From Candidatus Omnitrophota bacterium (GTDB lineage: Bacteria > Omnitrophota > Gorgyraeia > Zapsychrales > Zapsychraceae): 64,000 nucleotides of DNA. A program made the translations under genes and the position numbers. The DNA lies in NCBI GenBank assembly GCA_015233115.1, contig JADFYJ010000004.1, positions 70,528-134,527 of the forward strand. Reading direction: 5' to 3'. The notes below the pieces were generated by a model. It was not told where the DNA came from. It did no database searches and saw only the letters and a program-made list of their open reading frames with translations. This document shows positions 48,969 to 59,697 of this stretch, piece after piece. The first letter of the stretch is position 1; every line of letters starts with the position of its first letter.

Positions 48969-48997
48969 ATAGTTGCTCGTTTATTCACGAAAAAATA

Positions 48998-49432
48998 TTA
49001 TTTTGTTGGTTGCTTTGCCGGAACTGCGACTTTCCCATTCGTTTCAACCGGAACAGATCCCTGCTCTTGTTCTACAGGCACCAATGGTTTTTCTGCCGTA
49101 ACAGCTTTGCTCGGAGAAAGAGGAACCTGGACTGCTGAACCCGATGATTTTGCGCTTAAAGGCTTTTGAGTTTGAGCACGCTTGACTGATCCAGCCAACA
49201 AAGATCGCTCTTTGCGGGAAGAGAAAATAGTCAAAGTCAAGCTGGTAACCAAAAAAATCGTGGCAAATATGGTTGTTGCTTTAACTAATGATTCATTTGT
49301 TTTAGCGCCGAACAAAGATTCCATTTGTGAAAATCCCGCGGCTAAACCGCCGGATCTGCCAGCTTGTATCAAGACCACCGTAATGATCAAGACACAGGCC
49401 AAAGAATGAAGAAAAATCACTAAACCCATCAT
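48998..49432 (-). CDS. secG: Preprotein translocase subunit SecG
   Basis: Two TM helices, VLIQ.G..GGL...F.....FG; follows tpiA. Confidence 0.92.
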   Translation of the reverse strand: MMGLVIFLHSLACVLIITVVLIQAGRSGGLAAGFSQMESLFGAKTNESLVKATTIFATIFLVTSLTLTIFSSRKERSLLAGSVKRAQTQKPLSAKSSGSAVQVPLSPSKAVTAEKPLVPVEQEQGSVPVETNGKVAVPAKQPTK

Positions 49433-49442
49433 AAAATTGTCC

Positions 49443-50207
49443 TTACTTTTTTACATTTGCGTTTTGAACAAGTGCGACAAATTGATCGCGTTTTAAACTC
49501 GCGCCGCCGACCAAAGCGCCGTCAATGTCCGGCTGGCTCATCAGTTCACGCGTGTTTTCCGGTTTAACACTGCCACCGTATTGAATACGGACAGTCTGCG
49601 CTGTTCCTTCATCATACAACTTCTTTAACAAATCGCGGATAAATTTATGAACTTCTTGTGCTTGATCCCCAGTAGCGGTTTTCCCCGTTCCAATGGCCCA
49701 TACAGGTTCATACGCGATAATAATTTTTTTCATCTCATCAGCGGTGTATCCGGCAAACGCGCCAGTCACTTGCGTTTTAATGACCTCAAAAGTTTTATTG
49801 CTTTCCCGTTCAGCCAAAACCTCACCCACGCAAACAATTGGAATCAAACCATGATTCAAGGCCGCTTTGATCTTTTTATTCACAGTCGCGTCAGTTTCAC
49901 CAAAAAATTGGCGTCGCTCTGAGTGACCAATAATTACGTATTGAACACCAGCGTCTTTGAGCATTAATCCGGAAACCTCACCCGTAAACGCGCCGGCATC
50001 TTCCCAATAAAGATCTTGTGCGCCGAGGCCGATGTTCGTTCCGGCCACGACATTACGCACGTCAGCTAAAGAAGTATACACCGGGCATACCACGACGTCC
50101 ACTTCTTTGGCTTGAGCTAAATCTTGTTTTAAACCATTAACCAATTCAACAGCTTCTTTAATCGTTTTATTTAATTTCCAGTTTCCAGCAATAATTATCT
50201 TGCGCAT
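49443..50207 (-). CDS. tpiA: Triosephosphate isomerase
   Basis: AGNWK, GHSERR, AYEPVWAIGTG, YGGSV, LVGGASL. Confidence 0.99.
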   Translation of the reverse strand: MRKIIIAGNWKLNKTIKEAVELVNGLKQDLAQAKEVDVVVCPVYTSLADVRNVVAGTNIGLGAQDLYWEDAGAFTGEVSGLMLKDAGVQYVIIGHSERRQFFGETDATVNKKIKAALNHGLIPIVCVGEVLAERESNKTFEVIKTQVTGAFAGYTADEMKKIIIAYEPVWAIGTGKTATGDQAQEVHKFIRDLLKKLYDEGTAQTVRIQYGGSVKPENTRELMSQPDIDGALVGGASLKRDQFVALVQNANVKK

Positions 50208-50227
50208 TTTTTGATCCTCTCTTAAAA

Positions 50228-50433
50228 GTATGTAGTATGTGGTATGTCGTATGTAGTAAAAAAATTAAAAAAACGAATAATTTATTTACTGTATAAACGC
50301 CAACTCGCATCCAAGAAAATATTTGGTCTTTTTGTCTTATTAAATTTTCTTTTTGATTCTATATTTTTATACTTATTGCTTTTTCATTTTGTTTTTTCCA
50401 CATACCACATACGACATACTACATACCACACTA
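50228..50433. repeat. Inverted heptamer arrays (GTATGTN / CATACNA) around an A-rich/T-rich core
   Basis: gtatgta gtatgtg gtatgtc gtatgta ... catacca catacga catacta catacca cacta. Confidence 0.93.
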
Positions 50434-51648
50434 ACAACATGAACACGAACAGCATCCGCCAGCCGGTTTATTTGTTAAAGCTTCAATACCTGGTAAGGCT
50501 TGGCCTTCCAAATATTCCAATGAAGCGCCGCCGCCGGTTGAGATATGAGTCATTTTATCTTCCAAACCGAATTTTGCAACAGCCGCTGCAGAATCGCCTC
50601 CACCTATAATTGTAGTCACCCCTTTTAATGAAGCTAAACATTCAGCAATTGCTTTGGTCCCGCCCGCATAAGCGTCATTTTCAAATACGCCCATAGGTCC
50701 GTTCCACACAATCGTCTTGGCAGAAACAATAATTTTTTTAAATTTTTCAATAGTCTTGGGACCGATATCTATGGCTTCCCAATCATTATCAATATTGCCG
50801 GAAACATATTTTTTGGTTTCAGGCTTACCAAAATCCTGAACCACTAAATAATCTTCGCTGAGCTCAATCGTAACGCCGGCCGCTTTAGCTTTATCCAATA
50901 ACGCTTTAGCCAAATCCAATTTATCATTTTCACAAATCGATTTTCCAATATTAATGCCTTGCGCTTTTAAGAAAGTATACGCCATGCCTCCGCCGACAAT
51001 AATTTTGTTGGCCTTTTTCAAAAGATTTTCGATCAGCATAATTTTATCAGAAACTTTTTTCCCGCCCAAAATCACCACAAACGGCCTTTGCGGATTTTCT
51101 ACAGCCATGCCCAGATATTTCATTTCTTTTTCTAAAAGAAAACCCGCCGCGGATTTTAAGAAATGCGTAATCCCTTCGGTCGAAGCATGAGCGCGGTGAG
51201 CTGTCCCAAAAGCGTCATTCACATACACATCAGCCAAGTCAGCCAGTTTTTTTGAAAATTCAGGATCATTTTTGGTTTCTGCTTTATAAAAACGCAGATT
51301 TTCCAGCAAGACCACGGTTTCTGAACTGGACGCGATAGACGCTTTTACTTTATCGCCAACGCAATCATCCAACATCAAAACTTTCTGGCCCAATAATTTT
51401 TCCAGACGGGCAGCCACAGGTTTTAAGCTCATGGCAGGAACGACCTGGCCTTCAGGTCTGCCTAAATGGCTCATCAGAATTAACTTCGCGGGTTTTTGCT
51501 CCAAAATATATTTAATAGTAGGCAATGATTCCGTAATGCGGCGGTCATCCGTTATATTCAATTGTTCATCCAGAGGCACATTAAAATCGCAGCGGACAAT
51601 CACTTTTTTTCCCTTTAAATTTAAATCCTTCACAGTAAGTTTATTCAT
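50431..51648 (-). CDS. pgk: Phosphoglycerate kinase
   Basis: R.DFNVP, SHLGRP, LLENLRF, NDAFGTAHRAHAS, WNGPMGVFE, STGGGASL. Confidence 0.99.
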   Translation of the reverse strand: MNKLTVKDLNLKGKKVIVRCDFNVPLDEQLNITDDRRITESLPTIKYILEQKPAKLILMSHLGRPEGQVVPAMSLKPVAARLEKLLGQKVLMLDDCVGDKVKASIASSSETVVLLENLRFYKAETKNDPEFSKKLADLADVYVNDAFGTAHRAHASTEGITHFLKSAAGFLLEKEMKYLGMAVENPQRPFVVILGGKKVSDKIMLIENLLKKANKIIVGGGMAYTFLKAQGINIGKSICENDKLDLAKALLDKAKAAGVTIELSEDYLVVQDFGKPETKKYVSGNIDNDWEAIDIGPKTIEKFKKIIVSAKTIVWNGPMGVFENDAYAGGTKAIAECLASLKGVTTIIGGGDSAAAVAKFGLEDKMTHISTGGGASLEYLEGQALPGIEALTNKPAGGCCSCSCC

Positions 51649-51678
51649 GAATACCTGCCTTTATTTATAATTTTGATA

Positions 51679-51750
51679 GTAACAGTGTAACAGAGTAACA
51701 GAGTAACAGAGTAACAGAGTAACAGAGTAACAGAGTAACAAAGTAAAAAG
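51679..51750. repeat. Octamer array (GTAACAGA-type x8) decaying into A-rich sequence
   Basis: gtaacagt (gtaacaga)6 gtaacaaa gtaaaaag. Confidence 0.97.
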
Positions 51751-51817
51751 CATAAAACAACAATTGATTAGAAAACGCCATGGCGTACCACAAGCCCATA
51801 TCTATAAAAATCAATGT

Positions 51818-51845
51818 ATTATATATAAGTGAAGCGTTTTGTCAA
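51818..51845 (-). promoter_or_regulatory. Putative sigma70 promoter for pgk-tpiA-secG
   Basis: Consensus TTGACA-N16-TATAAT. Confidence 0.7.
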
Positions 51846-51858
51846 TATATCTAGAAAT

Positions 51859-51951
51859 GGTGTCAGGCCTCGACCTGAAACGGCTTGTTCGAAATGAAAA
51901 ATCAGCGCCGATTATATACCGGCCGACAAAACACAGTCGAGTTCAGACACC
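51859..51951. mobile_element. MITE-like 93-bp element, copy 2
   Basis: GGTGTCAG...TCAGACACC; aligns without gaps to 21648-21740. Confidence 0.7.
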
Positions 51952-51956
51952 TGTCA

Positions 51957-53043
<1,087 letters not shown>

Positions 53044-53048
53044 ATAAT

Positions 53049-53672
53049 TTATATATTTTTCACTCCGACAAACCAGCGATTTAATAACATTTGAAATGAA
53101 CCAGCCTGAACTTCTTTAAATCCCGCCTCTAATAATACCCGTTTAATCTCAGGCGTTTTTAAATTGGTCGCGTGTTCATCAATTTCTTCAGAGCTTAATA
53201 ATTTGATCGAAGCTAAAAAATTTAATAATGATTCGGTAAAATAACCAGGTGTGGTTAGCACTAAAACACCGCCAGGCTGTAATACCCGCCGGATTTCTTT
53301 TAAAATAGCCATAACAGCCGGACGTTCCAAGTGTTCAAAAACTGCCAGCATGCTGACCGCGTCGAAAAACTGATCAGGAAACGGCAGCTGGCCATTTTTC
53401 GAAATGTCCTGCTCGATAAAACGGAAACGGCCCTGATACATTTTTTCGTCTATCCGCTGACGGTCAATACCGTATTTTTCCGCAAAATCAGACACCAGCA
53501 AACAAATGGGATACTTGCCGCAGCCTATATCCAAAAATTTTTGATGCGGTCGTTTTAAAAACTTTTTAATACACTGTTTAGCTCTTTTGGTTCGCTGCAA
53601 AGAAAGAAAACGTTCTAAAACGCCTTCCCCCCGAGTTGCCCGGCCTTTAACAATATATTTAAAATTTTTCAT
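53049..53672 (-). CDS. Class I SAM-dependent methyltransferase
   Basis: FLDIGCG, LPF.D..FD, VFEHL, RVLQPGG. Confidence 0.92.
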   Translation of the reverse strand: MKNFKYIVKGRATRGEGVLERFLSLQRTKRAKQCIKKFLKRPHQKFLDIGCGKYPICLLVSDFAEKYGIDRQRIDEKMYQGRFRFIEQDISKNGQLPFPDQFFDAVSMLAVFEHLERPAVMAILKEIRRVLQPGGVLVLTTPGYFTESLLNFLASIKLLSSEEIDEHATNLKTPEIKRVLLEAGFKEVQAGSFQMLLNRWFVGVKNI

Positions 53673-54718
53673 ACTACATCAATGAGCTGTTTATTTTGTT
53701 TAATCCATTCCACAATCTTCGCTGCCCCATCTTTGGGATTAACCCGAGGAGACCAGCCAAGGGTTGAAGATATCTTTTTAATATCCGAAACATAAATCTT
53801 CTGATCAAACCGCCGCCAATCCTCAAATTTCAGATCAACTTTATGCCCCGTGATCTGTTCAAGAATGCTGATCAATTCCAAAAGAGATAAAGTGTTTTCT
53901 TTGCCACCGCCGACATTAAATACTCCGAATTTTAAGTCGGAATCAATAAATTTCTGATACGCTTCAACCAGATCACCTACCCAAAGAACATCCCGCACCT
54001 GTTTTCCGCTTCCATAAATCGTGATTGGTTTTTTTTGCAAAAACCTAATCGCAAACCACGCTAGCCAGCCCTGATCTTCAAAGCCAAACTGCCGGGTTCC
54101 GTATATGCAACTCATACGAAAGACTGCGGTTTTAATGCCATAAGTATGCGCGAAATCCTGAACATATAAATCGCCGGCTAATTTAGAAACCCCGTAAGGT
54201 GTATGCCCGGTCTGATCAACGGATAAATTTTCATCAATGCCGGCAATAGAAGTAAAATCATAGCGCTGTTCCTTCTCGACAATTTCAAACCTATTCACAT
54301 TATCCCCGTAAACTTTATTTGTGGAACAATAAATCAGAACGCCTTCCGGTGAATAGTTTTTCATGCATTCCAAAACATTTAACGTGCCCCAGGCATTAAT
54401 CGAAAAATCTTCCTGCGGATCATTAAGCGAAAATTTCACCCCAGGCTGGCCAGCCGTATGAATAACGATCGAAGGTTTATATTTCTTAAAACACTCCTGC
54501 AGATCATTGATATGCCGAATATCTTTTCGAAGCAAAACGACATTAGGATATTGTTTCAAATATTCCCAATTGTATTCGACTGTTTTCTTTTCCGAACGAA
54601 AAATGCGGGAGCGCATCAAATTATCATAAACAATGACTGTGCCTTTTTGTTGGCGGGCAAAATACTCCGCGCAATGCGACCCCACCATCCCCGCTCCGCC
54701 GGTGATTAGTATATTCAT
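53669..54718 (-). CDS. NAD-dependent epimerase (CDP-tyvelose 2-epimerase-like)
   Basis: TGGAG..G, STNKVYG, PYGVSK, RMSCIYG..QFG.EDQGW.AWF. Confidence 0.88.
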   Translation of the reverse strand: MNILITGGAGMVGSHCAEYFARQQKGTVIVYDNLMRSRIFRSEKKTVEYNWEYLKQYPNVVLLRKDIRHINDLQECFKKYKPSIVIHTAGQPGVKFSLNDPQEDFSINAWGTLNVLECMKNYSPEGVLIYCSTNKVYGDNVNRFEIVEKEQRYDFTSIAGIDENLSVDQTGHTPYGVSKLAGDLYVQDFAHTYGIKTAVFRMSCIYGTRQFGFEDQGWLAWFAIRFLQKKPITIYGSGKQVRDVLWVGDLVEAYQKFIDSDLKFGVFNVGGGKENTLSLLELISILEQITGHKVDLKFEDWRRFDQKIYVSDIKKISSTLGWSPRVNPKDGAAKIVEWIKQNKQLIDVV

Positions 54719-54741
54719 AAGTTTTTACCTCCAATAAAAGC

Positions 54742-55086
54742 GTGACAGTGTAACAGTGTGACAGTGTGACAATGTGAAAAACTAAAAATGATTAATAATA
54801 AACAATGAAAAAAATGTAACAAAACGACAATGTGACAATGTAAAAAATGGCGGCGAAACAATACGACAGAGTAACATTGTAAAAAATTTAAAAAATCCAG
54901 TAAAACCTAAAAAAGCATTAAAATAATTTATAAAAATTAATACAGAAAATTTCCTCACCTATCGAGTATCTATATTCTATGTCCTATTTCCAACCCCATT
55001 ACTTTTGCCAATCACTTCTCTACATGCCATTTCAGTATCGAATTTTCACTGCACATTGTCACACTGTCACATTGTTACATTGTCAC
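54742..55086. repeat. Inverted octamer arrays (GTRACART) enclosing ~270 bp; right arm overlaps the gmd stop
   Basis: gtgacagt gtaacagt gtgacagt gtgacaat ... gtcacact gtcacatt gttacatt gtcac. Confidence 0.93.
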
Positions 55087-56099
55087 GTTTTTCCATGAGT
55101 CCCATAAAGTTCGCGTTCTACTTTTTGCATATCCGCGTCGACCATCATTTTCACTAATTGCTTAAAATTGACCTTAGGTTTCCACTTTAATATCTTGTTC
55201 GCTTTGGACGCGTCTCCTAACAAAAAATCCACTTCAGTCGGCCGGAAATATCTGGGATCAATTTCAACATGTTTTTTCCAATTTAACCCCGCGCATGAAA
55301 AAGCTTCTTCCAAAAACTCCTTCACAGAATGAGTCTCTCCGGTCGCGATCACATAATCATCCGGTTTATTCTGCTGGAGCATCTTCCACATGGCTTCCAC
55401 ATAATCGCCGGCAAAACCCCAATCCCTTTTCGCGTCTAAATTACCCAAAAACAATTTATCCTGGATCCCATGTTTGATTTTAGCTAAAGCGATCGTAATC
55501 TTACGGGTCACAAAAGTCTCACCGCGACGGGGAGATTCATGATTGAATAAAATGCCGTTACACGCGAACATTTTATATGCTTCGCGATAATTGACCGTCA
55601 TCCAATATGAATACACTTTTGCCGCCGCGTAAGGACTGCGCGGGTAAAATGGCGTGTTTTCATTTTGAGCTTTTTTCGAAGCATTGCCAAACATCTCTGA
55701 GCTGGACGCCTGATAAAATTTCGTCTTAATCCCTGTCTCGCGGATCGCTTCCAACAAACGGGTCGTGCCTAATCCTGTGATTTCTCCCGTATATTCCGGA
55801 ATATCAAAGCTTACCCTAACATGACTTTGCGCGGCTAAATTATAAATCTCATCCGGTTTAACAGTTTTGATGATCTGATTCAAAGAACTCGCATCATTCA
55901 AATCACCGTATATCAAACGCAAACGGACTGCTTTTTCATGCGGATCCTGGTAAAGATGATCAATCCGCACCGTATTAAACGTACTCGCCCTCCGGATCAA
56001 ACCATAAACTTCATATCCCTTATCCAAAAGAAATTCACCTAAATAAGAACCATCCTGACCAGTAATCCCAGTGATCAATGCTTTTTTCTTTTGAGCCAT
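55083..56099 (-). CDS. gmd: GDP-mannose 4,6-dehydratase
   Basis: [52 protein letters not shown]. Confidence 0.99.
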   Translation of the reverse strand: MAQKKKALITGITGQDGSYLGEFLLDKGYEVYGLIRRASTFNTVRIDHLYQDPHEKAVRLRLIYGDLNDASSLNQIIKTVKPDEIYNLAAQSHVRVSFDIPEYTGEITGLGTTRLLEAIRETGIKTKFYQASSSEMFGNASKKAQNENTPFYPRSPYAAAKVYSYWMTVNYREAYKMFACNGILFNHESPRRGETFVTRKITIALAKIKHGIQDKLFLGNLDAKRDWGFAGDYVEAMWKMLQQNKPDDYVIATGETHSVKEFLEEAFSCAGLNWKKHVEIDPRYFRPTEVDFLLGDASKANKILKWKPKVNFKQLVKMMVDADMQKVERELYGTHGKT

Positions 56100-56139
56100 A
56101 AAAAGTCCTCAATATAGTGACAGATCTCACTAAAATTTA

Positions 56140-56221
56140 TTGATGGTTGATAGTTCATGGTTTTTGGTTTTTGGAAAAAACGAATAATTTCACCAACCAA
56201 CAACTAAAAACCAACAACCAA
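56140..56221. repeat. Inverted heptamer arrays; near-identical inverted copy of 6589-6671
   Basis: gttgata gttcatg gtttttg gtttttg gaaaaaacgaataatttc accaacc aacaact aaaaacc aacaacc a. Confidence 0.9.
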
Positions 56222-56239
56222 TAACTTTATTTTACAAAA

Positions 56240-57541
56240 TCAGACACCAGAAACCTTGTTTTTACCACCTTTATCATTTTTTATAAGCATCACAGCCATA
56301 CCTAAGCCCATCATGTACCACCATAGCCGGGCTAATGGTAAACTATAAAAATCCACATCCACGAAACTATGCATAAAAAACGCGGCGAGGCCTGAAAATA
56401 TTCCCATACCCAACACAAATAGCTCATGATCTTCATCATACAAAATCCGCAAACGATGTAAAAAATTTTTAAAATAAATAATGACCAGTCCTAGAAAAGC
56501 CGTGAAACCCATGATACCGATTTCAACCAGCATTTGCACATAACAATTATGGGCGTAAGTTAAAAAATAACTATGATCCCTCCGATACGATTGAAAATTC
56601 CGCATATACGTGTTGACCCCAAACCCTAAAAGCGGACGTTCATGAACCATTTTGAAAGAATCTTCCCACATCTTAATACGATGCATACCAGTATTCGCTT
56701 CCCAAAAATGTTTTTTCGCAAAATCAAATTCAGAAACAAAAACCCCGGCGACAATGAGTACCGTCAGCAATAAAAAAAATATTCTTTTGGAGCACATCCG
56801 CCCCACGGTTAAAACCGGAACAGCAAATCCCGCCAAGACAACAGCAAAAACCAACGCCAGCCAAGCCCCGCGCGAAAGGGTTAAAATGAACCCCCATAAT
56901 AAAATGATAATAACCGCTAATTTTAAAACAACTCGCCAACGCTTTTTAAAAAATAAGTAGGCAATAGCCGCGGGGATCGTAGTCGCTAAAAAAGCGCCTA
57001 AACTATTAGCAGACGGAAAAGTGGCGGAAACCTGTCCTGACGACGTTAAGGGCCGACCCACCAAAATATCTCTTTTAAGCCAATAAAATTGAACCAAACC
57101 GTCGACCGCTAAAACCAATGAAACAATCATCAATATTCTCATACCTTCCGCAATATCTTTTTTTTCCTTAAAAACATCGAGTATCAGAAAAAAAACCACA
57201 AACCATTCAAAAGCTTTTCCATAAAATCCTCTAATAGAAACCAGCGGCTGAACACCAAACACGCTGGCCAAAAAACAAATACTTAAAAAAGATCCGATTA
57301 ATAAGTTAACAGGTGTATGTACCGGACGGAATTCCTGGCCTGCCACGGCCAGCTGATCTTTAAGCGTCATCCCCCCGGTCAAAGAACGCTTCGCCATCAT
57401 CCCATGCTTGATCAACCACAAAAATAAACCAAATCCAATTGATGATTCCACTAACCCGTTGGAAACAGGGAGAGCGATCACCATAATATAAATCGCGCAT
57501 CTGATAGCAGAGTCTAAGTTGATATCAAGTTTAATAGGCAC
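56240..57541 (-). CDS. O-antigen ligase / Wzy_C-family membrane protein
   Basis: T.SRGAW, R..MW, P..GFG...Y, AHN.Y.Q..VE.G..G. Confidence 0.9.
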   Translation of the reverse strand: MPIKLDINLDSAIRCAIYIMVIALPVSNGLVESSIGFGLFLWLIKHGMMAKRSLTGGMTLKDQLAVAGQEFRPVHTPVNLLIGSFLSICFLASVFGVQPLVSIRGFYGKAFEWFVVFFLILDVFKEKKDIAEGMRILMIVSLVLAVDGLVQFYWLKRDILVGRPLTSSGQVSATFPSANSLGAFLATTIPAAIAYLFFKKRWRVVLKLAVIIILLWGFILTLSRGAWLALVFAVVLAGFAVPVLTVGRMCSKRIFFLLLTVLIVAGVFVSEFDFAKKHFWEANTGMHRIKMWEDSFKMVHERPLLGFGVNTYMRNFQSYRRDHSYFLTYAHNCYVQMLVEIGIMGFTAFLGLVIIYFKNFLHRLRILYDEDHELFVLGMGIFSGLAAFFMHSFVDVDFYSLPLARLWWYMMGLGMAVMLIKNDKGGKNKVSGV

Positions 57542-58955
57542 CTCGCCCTTTCAAGACAACCGGTAAAGTTTTAGAAAGAATGGTTAAATCCAGCCAAAAC
57601 GACCAATTATTGATATACCACAAATCCCACTTCAAAAGCCGATTAAAAGAAATATCGCTCCGGCCTCTAATTTGCCATAAGCCGGTCATACCCGGCCGCA
57701 CTTCCAAACGCTGGAGCTGCAACAAATCTTCTTTTTCAATTTCATGCACCACAAATGGGCGCGGCCCCACCAGACTCATGTCCCCTTTGATGACATTGAT
57801 CAGCTGGGGCAATTCATCCAAACTGTATTTCCGCAAAATTCTTCCCACCGGCGTAACCCGCGGATCATTTTTTATTTTAAAAATTGGCCCATCTGCTTCA
57901 TTTTGATGCTTATATTTGGCAATCTCTTTCTCCGCATCCATGGTCATACTGCGAAATTTCCACATATGAAATTTCCAGCCATTGCGCCCGTACCGGTAAG
58001 AAAAATAAAAAACCGGGCCAGGACTGTCACATTTGATTAATAGCGCTACGATTAAAAAAACCGGAGACAAAATCAACAATAAAAACAATCCCACAATAAC
58101 ATCAAATAACCGTTTCCCGAACTGTTTGCGCAAATAATTCCGATTGTAATAATCTAAAACCGGAATAATCCCGATATTGTATTTTTCAACTTCCTGGGAA
58201 AGGAACTCATAACCGAATGGAACCACCCGGATGTTCAGGTTAAGGCCTTTAGCGGTCTCCATTAATTTCAAAAAAGTTTTCGTCTCTAAAAACGTAGTGA
58301 TAAAAATTTTATCAATAAATTCCTGACGGGCAATTTTTTTAAAATCAATCAATTTTCCTAAGACCGGCGGCCCGTTAAAAACCGGTGATTCCGTCTTCAC
58401 ATCATCCAAAAAACCCATCACTTTAATGCCTAATTCCGGCCGTTTGACAATCTCTTCATACAAGGATTTTCCTACTTTACCAGCGCCGATGATCAGGACA
58501 TTAAAATTGTTATATCCACCCGCCACCAAAAAATTAACTATCGTCCGCTTAAAAAAACGCCATACTGTAAAAAACATAAAATTTAAAAATGTTCCAATAA
58601 AAAACACACTGCGGGGAAAACCTTGAATTTTCAAAACATACACACAAACCACCAGGATAATCGACGACATGAGAACCGCTTGAGCAATATAAAACATCTC
58701 CACTCCGCGCATCAATTCCCGCTGAGTCCGATGAAGCCCCCGAGTCACATTAATAACCACAGATGAAAACACCCAAAACGCGAAAACATACCGGAATGGA
58801 TTTTGATCGCCCCAAAATAAATTATACAAATTCACATCAAAATACAAACCGTCCGACCTGATCAAACAGGCCAAATAGACCGAAAGACAGGCTGAAAAGA
58901 TGTCGAACCCGATATAAACCAAACTGATAAAAGTCTGTTTAATTCTTTTTTTCAT
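57531..58955 (-). CDS. Polyprenyl-phosphate glycosylphosphotransferase (WcaJ-like)
   Basis: KRLFD, KFRSM, DPRVT..G..LRK.SLDELPQL.NV..GDMSLVGPRP, PG.TGLWQ. Confidence 0.95.
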   Translation of the reverse strand: MKKRIKQTFISLVYIGFDIFSACLSVYLACLIRSDGLYFDVNLYNLFWGDQNPFRYVFAFWVFSSVVINVTRGLHRTQRELMRGVEMFYIAQAVLMSSIILVVCVYVLKIQGFPRSVFFIGTFLNFMFFTVWRFFKRTIVNFLVAGGYNNFNVLIIGAGKVGKSLYEEIVKRPELGIKVMGFLDDVKTESPVFNGPPVLGKLIDFKKIARQEFIDKIFITTFLETKTFLKLMETAKGLNLNIRVVPFGYEFLSQEVEKYNIGIIPVLDYYNRNYLRKQFGKRLFDVIVGLFLLLILSPVFLIVALLIKCDSPGPVFYFSYRYGRNGWKFHMWKFRSMTMDAEKEIAKYKHQNEADGPIFKIKNDPRVTPVGRILRKYSLDELPQLINVIKGDMSLVGPRPFVVHEIEKEDLLQLQRLEVRPGMTGLWQIRGRSDISFNRLLKWDLWYINNWSFWLDLTILSKTLPVVLKGRGAY

Positions 58956-59697
58956 GGCTGCGAATCATTTCCTTAAAAAATAACCACACAAACAACGTAT
59001 TACCATACAAATATCGTTTCCATAAACGCTTTGGTTCTGAACATAAGCGAAAGAACCACTCTAAGCCGGCCTGACGCATCCACACCGGAGCCCGTTTTTT
59101 TACTCCTGCCAAAAAATCAAAAGCCGCGCCAACGCCAACCATCACTGGGACATTAATATCGCCACGGTGATTTGCCATCCAAAAATCCTGTTTGGGCGAA
59201 CCTAGACCAATCCATAAAATATCCGCGCCCGCCGCATTGATCTGGTCAATGACCGCCGCTGATTCTTTTTCGCCAACTTTTAAATAACCAGGAGAAAAAG
59301 ACCCGGTAATATTAATTCCTGGACATAACATTTTCAAATTATCAATCAGCTTCTGCCGGGTTGAATCATCCGCGCCGTACAAAAAATGCTTATACCCACG
59401 GTCCACTCCTTCGCCGCATACCAACCGCATAAGATCAGGCCCACAAGTCCGCTTAATATTTTTCTCACCCTTTAAACGACCAGCCCAAACCAATGGAACA
59501 CCGTCGGGTGTTACCATCCCTGCCTCATTAATAACTTTCAGATAAGCAGGATCTTTATATGCGTCCACGATGGTTGCGACCGGAGCTACACACACATAAG
59601 TCTTAGTTTTATCATGAATCCATTGACTGATCTCACTGGCCGCTTGGCCCAAGTCAGTCACTGAAACTTTCACATCTAAAAGATTAAAAGTTTTCAT
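58939..59697 (-). CDS. WecB/TagA/CpsF-family glycosyltransferase
   Basis: PDG.P, R..GPDLM, GLGSPKQ, GVGAAFDF, GLEW.FR...EPKRLW.RY. Confidence 0.95.
   Translation of the reverse strand: MKTFNLLDVKVSVTDLGQAASEISQWIHDKTKTYVCVAPVATIVDAYKDPAYLKVINEAGMVTPDGVPLVWAGRLKGEKNIKRTCGPDLMRLVCGEGVDRGYKHFLYGADDSTRQKLIDNLKMLCPGINITGSFSPGYLKVGEKESAAVIDQINAAGADILWIGLGSPKQDFWMANHRGDINVPVMVGVGAAFDFLAGVKKRAPVWMRQAGLEWFFRLCSEPKRLWKRYLYGNTLFVWLFFKEMIRSHEKKN

Noticed and set aside
1-51951. A diversity-generating retroelement (Avd-like gene plus the two 93-bp copies as TR/VR)
   Set aside because: No reverse transcriptase is in the window, mismatches are not confined to adenines of one copy, and neither copy lies substantially inside a target gene.
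56115-56132. Short palindrome TAGTGA-CAGATC-TCACTA upstream of gmd
   Set aside because: A single 6-bp stem; it could be an operator but cannot be distinguished from chance.
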